Below the pieces are notes generated by a model, which saw nothing but the letters and a program-made list of their open reading frames with translations, was not told where the DNA came from and did not search any database. Made by a program: the position numbers and the translations under genes. A DNA stretch of 57,933 bases from Candidatus Moraniibacteriota bacterium (lineage in GTDB: Bacteria; Patescibacteriota; Minisyncoccia; Moranbacterales; GWC2-37-73), in the NCBI GenBank assembly GCA_035390125.1, contig DAOOTD010000001.1, positions 182,003 through 239,935 of the forward strand, read 5' to 3'. Shown here piece after piece: positions 27,435 through 37,873 of this stretch (position 1 is the first letter of the stretch; each line of letters starts with the position of its first letter).

Positions 27435-28805
27435 ATGGCAGCTATAGCTAAAAATACCAATAAAAATGATCTCCGTATTCCTCCGCATAATATTGAAGCT
27501 GAACAATCGGTTTTGGGTTCTTTGATGCTGGAAAGAGATGCTGTCATAAAAATCGCAGATCTTTTGAAAGTTGGAGATTTCTATAAGGATATACACAACA
27601 CCATTTATGAAGCGATGCTGGAATTATATGAACAGCGTGAACCTCTGGATGTTTTGAGTATTTCCAATAAACTTGATGAAAAAAAGCAACTGGAAAAAAT
27701 CGGCGGCAGTTCTTATTTAGCTTCTCTTGTTGCAACTGTGCCTTCAGCAGCGCATATTGTGCACTATGCAAAAGTTGTTCAGAAAAAAGCACTGCTGAGA
27801 CGCCTCATTGATGCTGCCACTGAAATTTTGGAAGCTGGATACAATGAGGGTGAAGATATTGAAAAAGTTCTTGATGAAGCCGAACAAAAACTTTTTGGTG
27901 TTTCGCAGAAATATATCAAGCAGGATTTTGTACCAATCAGATCAGTTCTGGAAGCAGCTTTCAATAGAATTGATGAACTTCACCGTGATGGCAGTAAATT
28001 TCGGGGCATTCCGACAGGTTTTGCAGATTTGGACAATATTATGGCTGGACTTCAAAAATCAGATCTTGTTATCCTAGCAGCACGCCCTTCTATTGGAAAA
28101 ACATCTTTAGCCCTGGATATTGCCCGCCACGTGGCAGTCAGAGAGAATGTTTCGGTTGGCATGTTTTCTTTGGAAATGTCCTCCGATCAATTAGTTGATC
28201 GTATGTTAGCAGCTGAAGCTAATGTTGATTTGTGGCGGCTTAGAACCGGAAGATTAAAAAGCGATGGAGAAAATAATGATTTTCAAAGAATCGGAGATGC
28301 TATGGGAGTGCTTTCTGAAGCTAAATTATTTATTGATGACACTGCCAGCGCAAATATAATGGAAATGAGAACTATGGCACGTAGGCTTCAGGCAGAGCAT
28401 AAGCTAGGATTGATTATTATAGATTATCTGCAACTCATGGAAGGACGCGGAGGAGACAATCGCGTCCAGGAAATTTCTGAAATATCTCGCGGACTTAAAA
28501 ATCTGGCGCGCGAACTTAATATACCTATTTTAGCTTTATCGCAGTTATCCCGTGCTGTTGAGTCCCGTTCTCCGCAAATTCCAAAACTTTCAGATCTCCG
28601 CGAATCCGGATCTATCGAACAAGATGCTGATGTGGTATTATTCTTGTATCGTGAGGATCGCGAAAAACCTGATACTCCGAATAAGGGTGTTGTAAAAGTT
28701 ATCATAGCCAAACACAGAAACGGACCGGTTGGCGAAATTAACACTTACTTCCAGGAAAATTGTGCTTCCTTCAGATCACTTGAAAAAGCAAGAACGCAAC
28801 AATAA
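27435..28805 (+). CDS. dnaB: Replicative DNA helicase DnaB
   Basis: 456 aa. PPHNIEAEQSVLGS N-terminus, Walker A ARPSIGKTS and IIIDYLQLM. Confidence 0.95.
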   Translation: MAAIAKNTNKNDLRIPPHNIEAEQSVLGSLMLERDAVIKIADLLKVGDFYKDIHNTIYEAMLELYEQREPLDVLSISNKLDEKKQLEKIGGSSYLASLVATVPSAAHIVHYAKVVQKKALLRRLIDAATEILEAGYNEGEDIEKVLDEAEQKLFGVSQKYIKQDFVPIRSVLEAAFNRIDELHRDGSKFRGIPTGFADLDNIMAGLQKSDLVILAARPSIGKTSLALDIARHVAVRENVSVGMFSLEMSSDQLVDRMLAAEANVDLWRLRTGRLKSDGENNDFQRIGDAMGVLSEAKLFIDDTASANIMEMRTMARRLQAEHKLGLIIIDYLQLMEGRGGDNRVQEISEISRGLKNLARELNIPILALSQLSRAVESRSPQIPKLSDLRESGSIEQDADVVLFLYREDREKPDTPNKGVVKVIIAKHRNGPVGEINTYFQENCASFRSLEKARTQQ

Positions 28806-28808
28806 AAT

Positions 28809-29396
28809 ATGTATCCTAAGGCTTTCCAAAAACTAATAAAAAATCTAGCTTCCCTTCCATCTGTCGGACCAAAAATGGCTGAACGGCTGGTTTTGTATTT
28901 ATTTAAACAAGATACTGAAAAAATAAAGGATTTTGCCGAAAATCTTCTAGAAATAAAAAGTATGAAAATTTGCCACAAGTGTTTTAATATAGCTGAGAGT
29001 GAACTGTGCGAATATTGCAAAGACTCAAAACGTGATCAGCATTTAATCTGTGTAGTTGAGGAACCATTGGATATTATTTCACTGGAACGCACTGGAGCTT
29101 ATCATGGCTTGTATCACGTTTTAGGAGGAGTTTTGCAGGTGGGAGACAATACTGGAAGTGAACTAAAAATTCCTCAGCTCTTAGACAGGATCAAAAAAGA
29201 CAAAATAAATGAAATTATTCTAGCTATGAACCCAACAACTGAAGGCGATGCTACTGCACTTTATCTTAAACATAAAATAGAACCATTACATATCAAGGTT
29301 ACGCGTCTTGGCCGCGGACTTTCAACCGGCGCCGATCTTGAATACGCCGACGAAATTACTCTTTCTGAGGCATTAACAAATAGGAAAGAATTATAA
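28809..29396 (+). CDS. recR: Recombination protein RecR
   Basis: 195 aa. LPSVGPKMAERL HhH, a C4 zinc finger (CHKC...CEYC) and a Toprim segment. Confidence 0.95.
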   Translation: MYPKAFQKLIKNLASLPSVGPKMAERLVLYLFKQDTEKIKDFAENLLEIKSMKICHKCFNIAESELCEYCKDSKRDQHLICVVEEPLDIISLERTGAYHGLYHVLGGVLQVGDNTGSELKIPQLLDRIKKDKINEIILAMNPTTEGDATALYLKHKIEPLHIKVTRLGRGLSTGADLEYADEITLSEALTNRKEL

Positions 29397-29410
29397 AAAA
29401 CAAATAAAAT

Positions 29411-29436
29411 AAAATCCCGATTGCTCGGGATTTTTT
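29411..29436. terminator. Bidirectional terminator between recR and rplU
   Basis: AAAA-ATCCCGA-TTGC-TCGGGAT-TTTTT. Confidence 0.75.
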
Positions 29437-29438
29437 AT

Positions 29439-29747
29439 TTATGCTATTTTTGTAATTTCTACCTCCGTAAAAAGCTGTTTGTGTCCAAACTTAACTTTAT
29501 ATCTTTTCTTAGGCTTATGCTTGATTCCCCATACTTTTTTATGTCTTCCCTGTCTTACGATTTTAGCTTCAACTTTGGCGCCTTTTACCAAGGGTTCTCC
29601 AATTTTTACATCTTTTTCATCTCCAATAAAAAGGATTTCATCAAATGCGATTTTTGCACCAACCTCTCCTTCAATTTTTTCAACCTTAATTTTATCGCCC
29701 TCTGCCACCTTATATTGCTTTCCGCCTGTTTTAATAATTGCCAACAT
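29439..29747 (-). CDS. rplU: 50S ribosomal protein L21
   Basis: 102 aa. MLAIIKTGGKQYKVAEGD... is typical of bL21. No rpmA follows it here. Confidence 0.95.
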   Translation of the reverse strand: MLAIIKTGGKQYKVAEGDKIKVEKIEGEVGAKIAFDEILFIGDEKDVKIGEPLVKGAKVEAKIVRQGRHKKVWGIKHKPKKRYKVKFGHKQLFTEVEITKIA

Positions 29748-29840
29748 GTCTTTAAGTTATATTAAGAAAATTAAATGCACGTACTTCAGTTTACTTTAAT
29801 ATAGTTTAAGTGTCAATCCCACACTAACTTAAACCAAAAT

Positions 29841-31637
29841 TTACTCAAGAATCGCTTTTATGCGCCTTACTCCAGCTGAAGACGATTCTTCTTTATTAAT
29901 CTTAAAATGGCCCAATTCTCCAGTATTTTTAACATGTGGACCGCCGCAGACTTCAATGCTGAAATCACCTATTTTATAAACTTTAACAATATCGCCATAT
30001 TTGGAAGCATCAAAGGATGTTTTAGCAATTTTCAAAGCTTCTTCTTTAGGCATTTCTGTCATTTCAACTGGAATATTTTCCTGTATTTTTTCATTTACCA
30101 AATCTTCAATTTTTTTTATTTGTTCCGGCGTAAGTTTTTGCGGATAATTAAAATCAAATCGCAAACGTTCCGCCGTAATATTGGCACCTTTTTGTATAAT
30201 ATCCTCGCCTAAAATTTTCCTAATCGCTGCCAGCATCAAATGAGCTGTGGTGTGATACCTTACAGTTTCTTCTGATGTGTCTGCCAATCCACCTTTGAAT
30301 ATTCCGGCAGAAGCAGTCTGGGAAAGTTTTTGATGTTTTTCGAATTCATCTTCGAACTCTTTCTTGTTGACTTCTACGCCCTTTTCTTTGGCTAATTCTT
30401 CTGTTATTTCCAAAGGAAATCCATAGGTCTGGTATAAATTAAATGCATCCGCTCCAGAAATAAAAGGTAATTTATTGAATTCTTTCAATCCTTGTTCTAA
30501 AGTTTTTCTGAATTTATTTTCTTCTTTTTCTAATTCTTCAAATATTTTTTCTTTATTGTTTTCTAATTCTTTGTAAAAATTTTTATACATTTCAATGACA
30601 ACTTCGGCAATTTCTTTTGTAAAATTATTTTCTCCACCTAATAATTTTCCATATCTTATCGCGCGACGGATAAGTCGGCGCAACACATATCCCCTGCCAA
30701 TATTTAAAGGTTCTACGCCTTCAGTAATGATGAAAGTTGCTGCTTTTATGTGGTCGGCAATAATCCTGAATTCTTTTTTATAATTTTCATATTTTTTTCC
30801 AGACAATTTTTCTATTTTTTCAAATATCAGCTGGAACAATTCTGTTTCAAAAACATTTTCTTTGCCATTCAGAACTGCTAGTGTTCTTTCGACTCCCATA
30901 CCAGTATCAACATTTTGCTGCTTCAGTTTTTCAAAAGTTCCATTTTCTTTTTTATTAAATTCCATAAAAACATTATTCCATATTTCAATCAACCGTCCTG
31001 AATCAACCAAATCAGAAAAATTTCCCTTTATTTTCCCTTCTTCTGGTCTCGTGTCATAAAATATTTCTGTGTCTGGACCACAAGGACCTGTTGAGCCAGC
31101 AATCCAAAAATTATCTTCCACTCCTAAGGGAATTATCCTTATGTCTTCTTCTATATTTTTGTTTTTTGCTATCTCCGCCTTTAAATTTGTTCTTTTAAAA
31201 ACATCCTGCCAAATAAAAATAGACCTTTCATCACGCGGAATATTACCGTCACCCTCGAAAACTGTGACATATAGCCTATTTTTATCTAATCCGAGCCATT
31301 TTTTGTCGGTTAAAAATTCAAAACTCCAAACAATCGCTTCTTTTTTAAAGTAGTCCCCAAAACTCCAATTCCCCATCATCTCAAAAAAAGTAAGGTGTCT
31401 ATTATCTCCAACTTCATTAATATCTCCCGTCCTGACGCATTTTTGGACGTTTACAACTCTTTTGCCTCCTGGATGATCATCTCCTAAAAGGTATGGGACT
31501 AAGGGATGCATTCCAGCTGTTGTAAAAAGCGTAGAAGTGTCGGTTTCGTGCGGAATCAAAGAAGCCGAAGGAATGATATTATGCCCTTTCGACTCAAAAA
31601 ATTTCAAATATTTTTCCCTTAATTCCTGCGTTGTCAT
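29841..31637 (-). CDS. alaS: Alanine--tRNA ligase, short form lacking the C-Ala domain
   Basis: 598 aa. N-terminal class II core (FFESKGH, FTTAGM, FFEMMGNWSFGDYFK) and editing-domain motifs HTTAHLM and CGGPHV. Ends right after the editing domain. Confidence 0.93.
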   Translation of the reverse strand: MTTQELREKYLKFFESKGHNIIPSASLIPHETDTSTLFTTAGMHPLVPYLLGDDHPGGKRVVNVQKCVRTGDINEVGDNRHLTFFEMMGNWSFGDYFKKEAIVWSFEFLTDKKWLGLDKNRLYVTVFEGDGNIPRDERSIFIWQDVFKRTNLKAEIAKNKNIEEDIRIIPLGVEDNFWIAGSTGPCGPDTEIFYDTRPEEGKIKGNFSDLVDSGRLIEIWNNVFMEFNKKENGTFEKLKQQNVDTGMGVERTLAVLNGKENVFETELFQLIFEKIEKLSGKKYENYKKEFRIIADHIKAATFIITEGVEPLNIGRGYVLRRLIRRAIRYGKLLGGENNFTKEIAEVVIEMYKNFYKELENNKEKIFEELEKEENKFRKTLEQGLKEFNKLPFISGADAFNLYQTYGFPLEITEELAKEKGVEVNKKEFEDEFEKHQKLSQTASAGIFKGGLADTSEETVRYHTTAHLMLAAIRKILGEDIIQKGANITAERLRFDFNYPQKLTPEQIKKIEDLVNEKIQENIPVEMTEMPKEEALKIAKTSFDASKYGDIVKVYKIGDFSIEVCGGPHVKNTGELGHFKINKEESSSAGVRRIKAILE

Positions 31638-31641
31638 AAAA

Positions 31642-31941
31642 TTATCTTTTTGATGCCTCTATTTCTTTTTTAATATCATGTTCGATTTTTCTCCAATTTT
31701 CATTTATCCAATTATAACCGAATATGTATCCTATTAATTCTTTGGCTCTTTTCAAAGCTTTATTTTCATTTGTATTTTCTTCATTTAAAATACTATCTAC
31801 CTCCACTTCTACAGTATGGAATTTGCCTTTTACGCTGTTCAATAATTTTTCATCTTTTATATTATTTTCTAAAACTTCTCCTATGTTTGAATGTATGGCC
31901 ATATTTTTATATTTTAAAAAATTAATCATGTGATAAAGCAC
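31642..31941 (-). CDS. Hypothetical protein
   Basis: 99-aa ORF. Start is uncertain: an internal ATG at 31902 would remove the 20-nt overlap. No motif recognised. Confidence 0.4.
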   Translation of the reverse strand: MLYHMINFLKYKNMAIHSNIGEVLENNIKDEKLLNSVKGKFHTVEVEVDSILNEENTNENKALKRAKELIGYIFGYNWINENWRKIEHDIKKEIEASKR

Positions 31942-32188
31942 TCATTTTGTGCTTCAGTTTTATAAGCTCGTTTTGCAGTTGAATAAATTCAGCTTCAAAT
32001 TTCTTTAATTCATTTTCTTTTGAATTGATTTCCATCTGGATTGAAACACTTTTTCGCTTGAGATCATGAAGAGTTGTTTCTACATCTATTTTGCTTCGCA
32101 TGTTTTTCTTTAAGTCAGACTCTTTGAGAATAATCTCTAATTGCATTTTTTTTCTTTCAGCAGCTACTTGCGGATCTTGATTTTGCAT
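31922..32188 (-). CDS. Hypothetical coiled-coil protein
   Basis: 88 aa, heptad-like and K/E/L-rich. No TM helix. Confidence 0.45.
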   Translation of the reverse strand: MQNQDPQVAAERKKMQLEIILKESDLKKNMRSKIDVETTLHDLKRKSVSIQMEINSKENELKKFEAEFIQLQNELIKLKHKMSALSHD

Positions 32189-32202
32189 ATGATTATTATA
32201 AA

Positions 32203-33291
32203 TTAAATTATAATTCCTCCTCCAATAACCTCTTTGTTTTTAGCATAAAACACAGCAGATTGTCCTGGTGTTATAGCTTTCTGCGGTTGTTTAAATTGTA
32301 TTTCATAAAGATTATTCTTGACTTTCTTTATTATACCATGCACTAATGGATGTCGATAGCGAATTTTTACACTTATTTTCAAGGGGAATTTAGTCTGTGG
32401 AATAATCCAGTTTTTTATTTCAACCATCATTGACTTATTATTTATACCAAGATCACTTTTTTTATCAGTAACAATAAGCTGTTTTTTCAGAAAATTTCTG
32501 CCAATAACATAATAGGGGCCCGTTCCACCTATTTTTATTCCTTTACGCTGACCGATAGTGTAAAGTTCTAGCCCCTCATGTTTTCCGATTTTCTTTCCAT
32601 TTGTTAAAACAATATCTCCCGGAGACAAAGAAATATTTCTTTTTATAAAATCCGACGGTGATTTTTCAGAAATAAAACAAATACCCTGAGAATCATCTTT
32701 ATTGAAAACAGGCAAACCTGCTTTTTCAGCAATTTTTCTTATTTTAGATTTCTTATATTTTCCAACAGGAAATAAAATGTGTTTTAATTGTTTCTGCGTT
32801 AATGAATAAAGAAAATATGTTTGGTCTTTTTCTTTATCCGATGGAATATACAGATGATATTTTCCTTTTATTTTCTTTATTTCCGCATAATGGCCTGTAG
32901 CCACATAATCCGCTCTCATCTCAATCATTTTTTTTAAAAGAAAATTAAATTTAATTTTTTCATTACAAACAACACAAGGGTTAGGAGTTTTCCCATCTTT
33001 AGTTTCTCTAATAAAATAATTTACCACTTCTTTTTTAAATTCTCTGGCAACATTTATTGTATAAAGAGGAATACCTAAAATTCGCGCAATTTTTCGAGCA
33101 TCCTGCTGGGATTCAATAGAGCAGCATTTATTTTCACGAAACACATCTTGACTAGGTTCTTTCCAGAAGTGCATAAAAACGCCTATAACATCATAACCTT
33201 GTTTTTTAAGCAAAACGGCCGCAGAAGAAGAATCAACTCCAGCAGACATGCCCAAAATTACTCTTTTTTTGTCTTCACTGATTATACTCAT
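32203..33291 (-). CDS. mnmA: tRNA 2-thiouridine(34) synthase MnmA
   Basis: 362 aa. PP-loop GMSAGVDSS, CNEKIKF and GHYA blocks. Confidence 0.93.
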   Translation of the reverse strand: MSIISEDKKRVILGMSAGVDSSSAAVLLKKQGYDVIGVFMHFWKEPSQDVFRENKCCSIESQQDARKIARILGIPLYTINVAREFKKEVVNYFIRETKDGKTPNPCVVCNEKIKFNFLLKKMIEMRADYVATGHYAEIKKIKGKYHLYIPSDKEKDQTYFLYSLTQKQLKHILFPVGKYKKSKIRKIAEKAGLPVFNKDDSQGICFISEKSPSDFIKRNISLSPGDIVLTNGKKIGKHEGLELYTIGQRKGIKIGGTGPYYVIGRNFLKKQLIVTDKKSDLGINNKSMMVEIKNWIIPQTKFPLKISVKIRYRHPLVHGIIKKVKNNLYEIQFKQPQKAITPGQSAVFYAKNKEVIGGGIII

Positions 33292-33293
33292 AA

Positions 33294-35255
33294 TTATCTG
33301 CCTATTTCCCTTTTGTCTAAATCATAATCCTCATCATCCTGAGTTTGAGTAATCTTACTTTTATTTTGAGCATTTTTAATTATAAGATTTCTCACTTCAT
33401 TTAAATTAATATTTGGCTTATGGCGTTGTGGTTTGAATTTTTTTGGGGCTATATATTGCATCTGGGAAAGAGCCATTGGTTTCTCATTTGGAATATATGC
33501 TTTATGCTCAAATTTATTTTCTTTTGGGTTTTCTTTTTCTCTTTTTACTTCATCTTCAAGAGATATGCTTTTTTTAAAATATTGATTTTTGATTGTCTTG
33601 GTATGTTCATTATTATTAAAATATTTATTTTCTTGTATTTCTTCAGTTTCTCTTTGTTTTTTTCTTTCTTGGGCAATCTTCTCCTTAGCTGTCATACGCT
33701 GGTAATCTTTAAGACATTCTTTGCAGAAAGTAGGCCTTTTACCATCAGGCTGAAAAGGTACCTGGATTTCACTGGCACACATATCACATACAGCACCGAA
33801 CATGGGTCTTTTATTCTCTGTGTCTTTTTGTGAATCTTGCTTGTTCTTTAAAAAATCTGTTTCAGTTTTTTTTGTCTGATTTTCTTGAGCAGGGCGTGCT
33901 TCTTGAGACTGTAAAAAAGAAACATCTTGATGAACTTGTTCAGGAGCCTTATTGACTGTTTTAAAGCCATCAGTCGGCATTATACCAGCCCATTTGGCTA
34001 TTTTTTCCTCAACTTCAATTTTACTTGAGGCATAACGTTCACGCGAAACAGTTATTATTTTTTCTTCATTTTCCAGGGTATCTTTAATATAAATAGGAGG
34101 AAGAACTGTTGCTGAAAAAGCATCACCAGCGATTCCATCTATCATCAGTTTTAAATAAATCTGATATTTAGGAATATTCACAAGGTCATTCTGCATAAAA
34201 ACTGGAGAAAATTCTTTTTCTAGAAACTCAGCATCTGTTGCACCCACACGGAATGAAACGATAGTTCCGGTATTTCCAAAAATAGCATCACGAACTTTTT
34301 CGTCTATTTGGGCTATATATTGATTGGCTAAAATAAGATTTAATCGATATTTTCTGGCTTCAGAAAGAATATTAGCAAATGATTCAGTAGCAAAATTTTG
34401 GAATTCATCAACATATAGATAAAAATCCTTACGGGTTTCTTCAGGAATATCAACTCTTTCCATGGCGGCTAATTGTATCTTGGTAATCATCATAGCTCCA
34501 AGCAATGCACTATTGTCTTCACCTATGCGACCCTTAGAAAGATTTAATATTAAAATCTTCTGGGAATCCATAACTTCACGTATATTAAAAGAAGATTTTG
34601 TTTGTCCAACTATATTTCTAATAAGAGAGCTGGATAGAAATTGTCCGACTTTATTTTGAATAGGAGAAATAACTTCCTGTAAAACCCTTTCATTCCATTT
34701 GCTAAATTCTTCAATCCAAAATTGCTTAACTACTGGATCGGATACATTATCAACAACTTTTTCTCTATATCTTTTATCAACAAGTATTCTAGTAACGCCA
34801 AGAAGTGTGCTTCCTGGATATTCAAGAAGCGCTAATATTGCATTACGAAGAATATATTCAAGGCGTGGTCCCCATGAATCTGCCCATATTTTTTTGAATA
34901 CTCCAATTAAGCCTGATGCCACAAGATGTCTGTATTCTGGGTCAACAGCTTCCATAACGTTGAAAGCTAGTGGAAAATTCTGATCTGCCGGATTAAGATA
35001 TATAACATCATTAATTCTACTAGAAGGCATTGCTTTTATCAGTTTTTCTGCAGTATCCCCATGAGGATCAATGAAACATACGCCCTTGCCACTGCGTATG
35101 TCCTGAACAGCCATATTTTCCAGAAGATTGGTCTTGCCCATACCAGTCTTACCAATGACATACATATGGCGTCTTCTGTCGTCTGTTTTTATGCCAAAAG
35201 CCCGTTCCTGATTGCGAAAATTAGTTTTAGCAAAGAAGTTGATTTCATTATCCAT
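33294..35255 (-). CDS. Soluble VirD4/TraD-like (type IV coupling protein-like) P-loop ATPase with a C-terminal CxxC-x17-CxxC zinc ribbon
   Basis: 653 aa. Walker A VIGKTGMGKTN, FIDPHGD, Walker B FYLYVDEF and a TraG-D_C-like block ARKYRLNLILANQYIAQI...GTIVSFRVG. No TM helix. CDMC-x17-CKEC at nt 33714-33788. Confidence 0.8.
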   Translation of the reverse strand: MDNEINFFAKTNFRNQERAFGIKTDDRRRHMYVIGKTGMGKTNLLENMAVQDIRSGKGVCFIDPHGDTAEKLIKAMPSSRINDVIYLNPADQNFPLAFNVMEAVDPEYRHLVASGLIGVFKKIWADSWGPRLEYILRNAILALLEYPGSTLLGVTRILVDKRYREKVVDNVSDPVVKQFWIEEFSKWNERVLQEVISPIQNKVGQFLSSSLIRNIVGQTKSSFNIREVMDSQKILILNLSKGRIGEDNSALLGAMMITKIQLAAMERVDIPEETRKDFYLYVDEFQNFATESFANILSEARKYRLNLILANQYIAQIDEKVRDAIFGNTGTIVSFRVGATDAEFLEKEFSPVFMQNDLVNIPKYQIYLKLMIDGIAGDAFSATVLPPIYIKDTLENEEKIITVSRERYASSKIEVEEKIAKWAGIMPTDGFKTVNKAPEQVHQDVSFLQSQEARPAQENQTKKTETDFLKNKQDSQKDTENKRPMFGAVCDMCASEIQVPFQPDGKRPTFCKECLKDYQRMTAKEKIAQERKKQRETEEIQENKYFNNNEHTKTIKNQYFKKSISLEDEVKREKENPKENKFEHKAYIPNEKPMALSQMQYIAPKKFKPQRHKPNINLNEVRNLIIKNAQNKSKITQTQDDEDYDLDKREIGR

Positions 35256-35307
35256 AATAACTATCGTTGTAGTTAATTTTTTATATATGCTTCCTTAATT
35301 TATTCTT

Positions 35308-36591
35308 CTATTCTACAGGCAAATTAGAAGGTGCCCCGCCATGTTTTGATTCTACTCTTGCCAATGAAGGCGCTAGTACATTCATGTCTGGCAAATGAAA
35401 TACTGTCGCAAGTTCTTCAGTGCTCATAACAAGCTTGCCTCCTTCTCCATCCATGCTTCTACCTCTGTATCTGCGTAACAATTTGCGTTGTAAATAACGT
35501 AAACGAGTTTCTATAAAAATATGATACGCAGTGGTCTTTGTAGTATTAGGTTTAAGTGAATTCAGATTATCATCAGAAAATTGCCTTATGGCACCAAAAA
35601 AAGAATTAATTCCAACTGCTTTATCATAGTTTTCGCGACGACCTATGTAAAGATAACGAGGTCTTACATAAAACTGTGGTTTTCCAAGATTATCTTCTAC
35701 GGCTTTTAGGACATCTTTTTCAACTGGAGATAAGCGGAACTCCAATGGTTCCTTTTCTTCCTTTTTGGCACTTTCAGCAAATTCTACTGGATTACTAAAA
35801 GCTTTTGGAATACTGCTTAAAATTTCAAATATGTCCTTCCATATTTCTTCAAATATGCTTTTTCTTTCTGTTTCCCTGCCCTTTAACTTATCTAGCGTTG
35901 GCTTGCCCTCCTTTGAAGACCAGCTTGTATCTGTTGGCTGAATTATCCATTGCAACCATAATTTTTGATTTAGTCCGAGTTTGCCCATTGTTTCTATAAG
36001 ACCAGACAAGGGATCTATCATTTTACCGGTTATAGATTCTTCAAATTTTGGATAAGTTTTAATAGGGTAAGCATTATTTTTTGTAAATCCAAGATCTGAA
36101 CCCCATAAATCCCACTGACTGTTTGGAATAATTTTAGGAACATCGTTTACATAATCAGGAACTTCAATAATTTCTACATCAGGATATTGTGCGTAAAGAT
36201 GAGCTTCCACCAAATGGCGATACTTTTGCATGACCCTGATATAAAAATGCACACTGCCAGAATCACCTACTATTTCCAAACTCATGTAATCAGTAAAAGC
36301 GCCGTCTATATAAATTTCCACTGGGTTAAGTGATTTTTGCACCCCGCAAAAACCATTATATAAAGCTTCCATAGGCTTTGGGCTTTTTTCGATATTTTTT
36401 GGAGGAATAATCTCAAGAACAACCCAGTCCGGCATAGCTGCAAATTTATCCTGAATGTGCTTCATCCAGATTAATTTGAAAAGGAAATAAAAAAGGGGCG
36501 GCAAAACAATGAACCATACATAACTCATCGCCTCTGATGCCGTTTTCAAAGAATCCCCTAATTGTTGAAATGATTCAAGAAGAATATTCAT
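35308..36591 (-). CDS. Membrane-anchored protein of unknown function, partner of the ATPase
   Basis: 427 aa. One N-terminal TM helix (YVWFIVLPPLFYFLFKLIW), then a large soluble domain (LEIIPPKNIEKSPKPMEALY...STEELATVFHLP). No family recognised with confidence. Confidence 0.7.
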   Translation of the reverse strand: MNILLESFQQLGDSLKTASEAMSYVWFIVLPPLFYFLFKLIWMKHIQDKFAAMPDWVVLEIIPPKNIEKSPKPMEALYNGFCGVQKSLNPVEIYIDGAFTDYMSLEIVGDSGSVHFYIRVMQKYRHLVEAHLYAQYPDVEIIEVPDYVNDVPKIIPNSQWDLWGSDLGFTKNNAYPIKTYPKFEESITGKMIDPLSGLIETMGKLGLNQKLWLQWIIQPTDTSWSSKEGKPTLDKLKGRETERKSIFEEIWKDIFEILSSIPKAFSNPVEFAESAKKEEKEPLEFRLSPVEKDVLKAVEDNLGKPQFYVRPRYLYIGRRENYDKAVGINSFFGAIRQFSDDNLNSLKPNTTKTTAYHIFIETRLRYLQRKLLRRYRGRSMDGEGGKLVMSTEELATVFHLPDMNVLAPSLARVESKHGGAPSNLPVE

Positions 36592-36636
36592 GGTATTTTT
36601 TGTTTTTTATAGAAACTAAATGGCTTTTATGTGCCA

Positions 36637-37692
36637 TCATTTAATTGAGTAAGTACCCTCTTTTGATTTAGAGAAATAATTATTCAAATTAATAACTATA
36701 GTTGATTCTTTAACCTGCCTTACAGCAAGAACTTTTTCAATAATTTCTTCCTTTTTTAGCGGTTTTGCGCTATTTTTTATAATTTCTTCAATAACATCCT
36801 TGACTGTGCCTCTTTTGTACCCCCATTCAACTAATGCATAAATTCCTCTACCAACTAGAACAAAATTACTGTCTTTTATAAGTTCATTATGCACTGTCTG
36901 TGGATGGGTTTTTTTCTTGTTTAAACGATTTTGATCTATTTTCTTGGCAATTTCTCTAAAATGAAGCGGTTTTCCGAACTCTTTTATGACAAGATAAGCT
37001 TTTTCACGTGTTCCTTTCGGAGAAATTTCTTTCCAATCTACAATACCCCATTTATCAAAAGCATTTTTACTTAATTCACCAGAAACTTGCAAAAAATGCT
37101 TTAACGTTTCTTTTGGTATGTCTAAATTTTTAGTTTTATTTATATGTTCAAATAATATATCAAATGGCAAGGGCTTTTTATGATTCTTTAAGGTTTCTAT
37201 AGCTGCATTTTTTACATTTTTCCAGTGATCAAATTTAAAATCTTTAAGAGCATAAGAGAATTTAAGCTCATTTTTAACTTCATTACCTAAAACATCTTCT
37301 AAACATTCCAAGAAAAAACGTGCAGCAGCTTCTTCATTTGTGTTGCCTTTTCCTAAGACAGATATAATGTGACTTTCTTCCATTATACCACTATTTGATT
37401 GCAAAGCCAAGGTTATTTTTTCCTGAATTTGTATAAAAACAGGGTGTTCTTTCTTGTCTCTTATTTTTTTTAAAACTTCACGTATAATCTGACGTACACG
37501 TTCGCGGGTGATGCGGTGTTTCTTGCCAATTTCTTCAAGAGTCATTTTATTAGGTAAAAATACCCCATACCTATTCAAAATAATCTCTTGAGATCTTTCG
37601 GGAAGGTCAAAAATTAGCTCTCTTAAGGAATCAGAAAAAAACAGATTTTCGTCTGCTGTGTATTTTCCGGCTTGTTTAAGTGATTTTTCCAT
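36637..37692 (-). CDS. Sigma-70 region-4-like HTH plus HARE-HTH DNA-binding protein
   Basis: 351 aa. LPERSQEIILNRYG...TLEEIGKKHRITRERVRQI (region 4-like). The C-terminal KPLHFREIAKKI...FVLVGRGIYALVEW is HARE-HTH-like. Confidence 0.7.
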   Translation of the reverse strand: MEKSLKQAGKYTADENLFFSDSLRELIFDLPERSQEIILNRYGVFLPNKMTLEEIGKKHRITRERVRQIIREVLKKIRDKKEHPVFIQIQEKITLALQSNSGIMEESHIISVLGKGNTNEEAAARFFLECLEDVLGNEVKNELKFSYALKDFKFDHWKNVKNAAIETLKNHKKPLPFDILFEHINKTKNLDIPKETLKHFLQVSGELSKNAFDKWGIVDWKEISPKGTREKAYLVIKEFGKPLHFREIAKKIDQNRLNKKKTHPQTVHNELIKDSNFVLVGRGIYALVEWGYKRGTVKDVIEEIIKNSAKPLKKEEIIEKVLAVRQVKESTIVINLNNYFSKSKEGTYSIK

Positions 37693-37873
37693 ATTTATAT
37701 TTTTAAATAAGATTTGAATTTTAAATAAAAAAACAAACCAACTTATTATAATGAAAAATTAACTTCCGATTATAATCTTGCTTTAAAAATGCACCAAATC
37801 TTTTATTTATTAAGCAAAATAAACTAATAGGGCGAATTTAAATTGCTTTATTGGCAATTTTAGAATTCAAGCT

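Noticed and set aside
29421-29799. Two plus-strand ORFs of 114 and 106 aa.
   Set aside because: Both are antisense to rplU, which is clearly bL21. The first also begins inside the recR/rplU terminator.
33420-33833. A 137-aa plus-strand ORF. Similar antisense ORFs occur at 34462-35276, 51313-51753, 52105-53746 and 41383-42252.
   Set aside because: All lie antisense to long, motif-supported genes and show the F/L/I/S-rich composition expected from AT-rich antisense frames.
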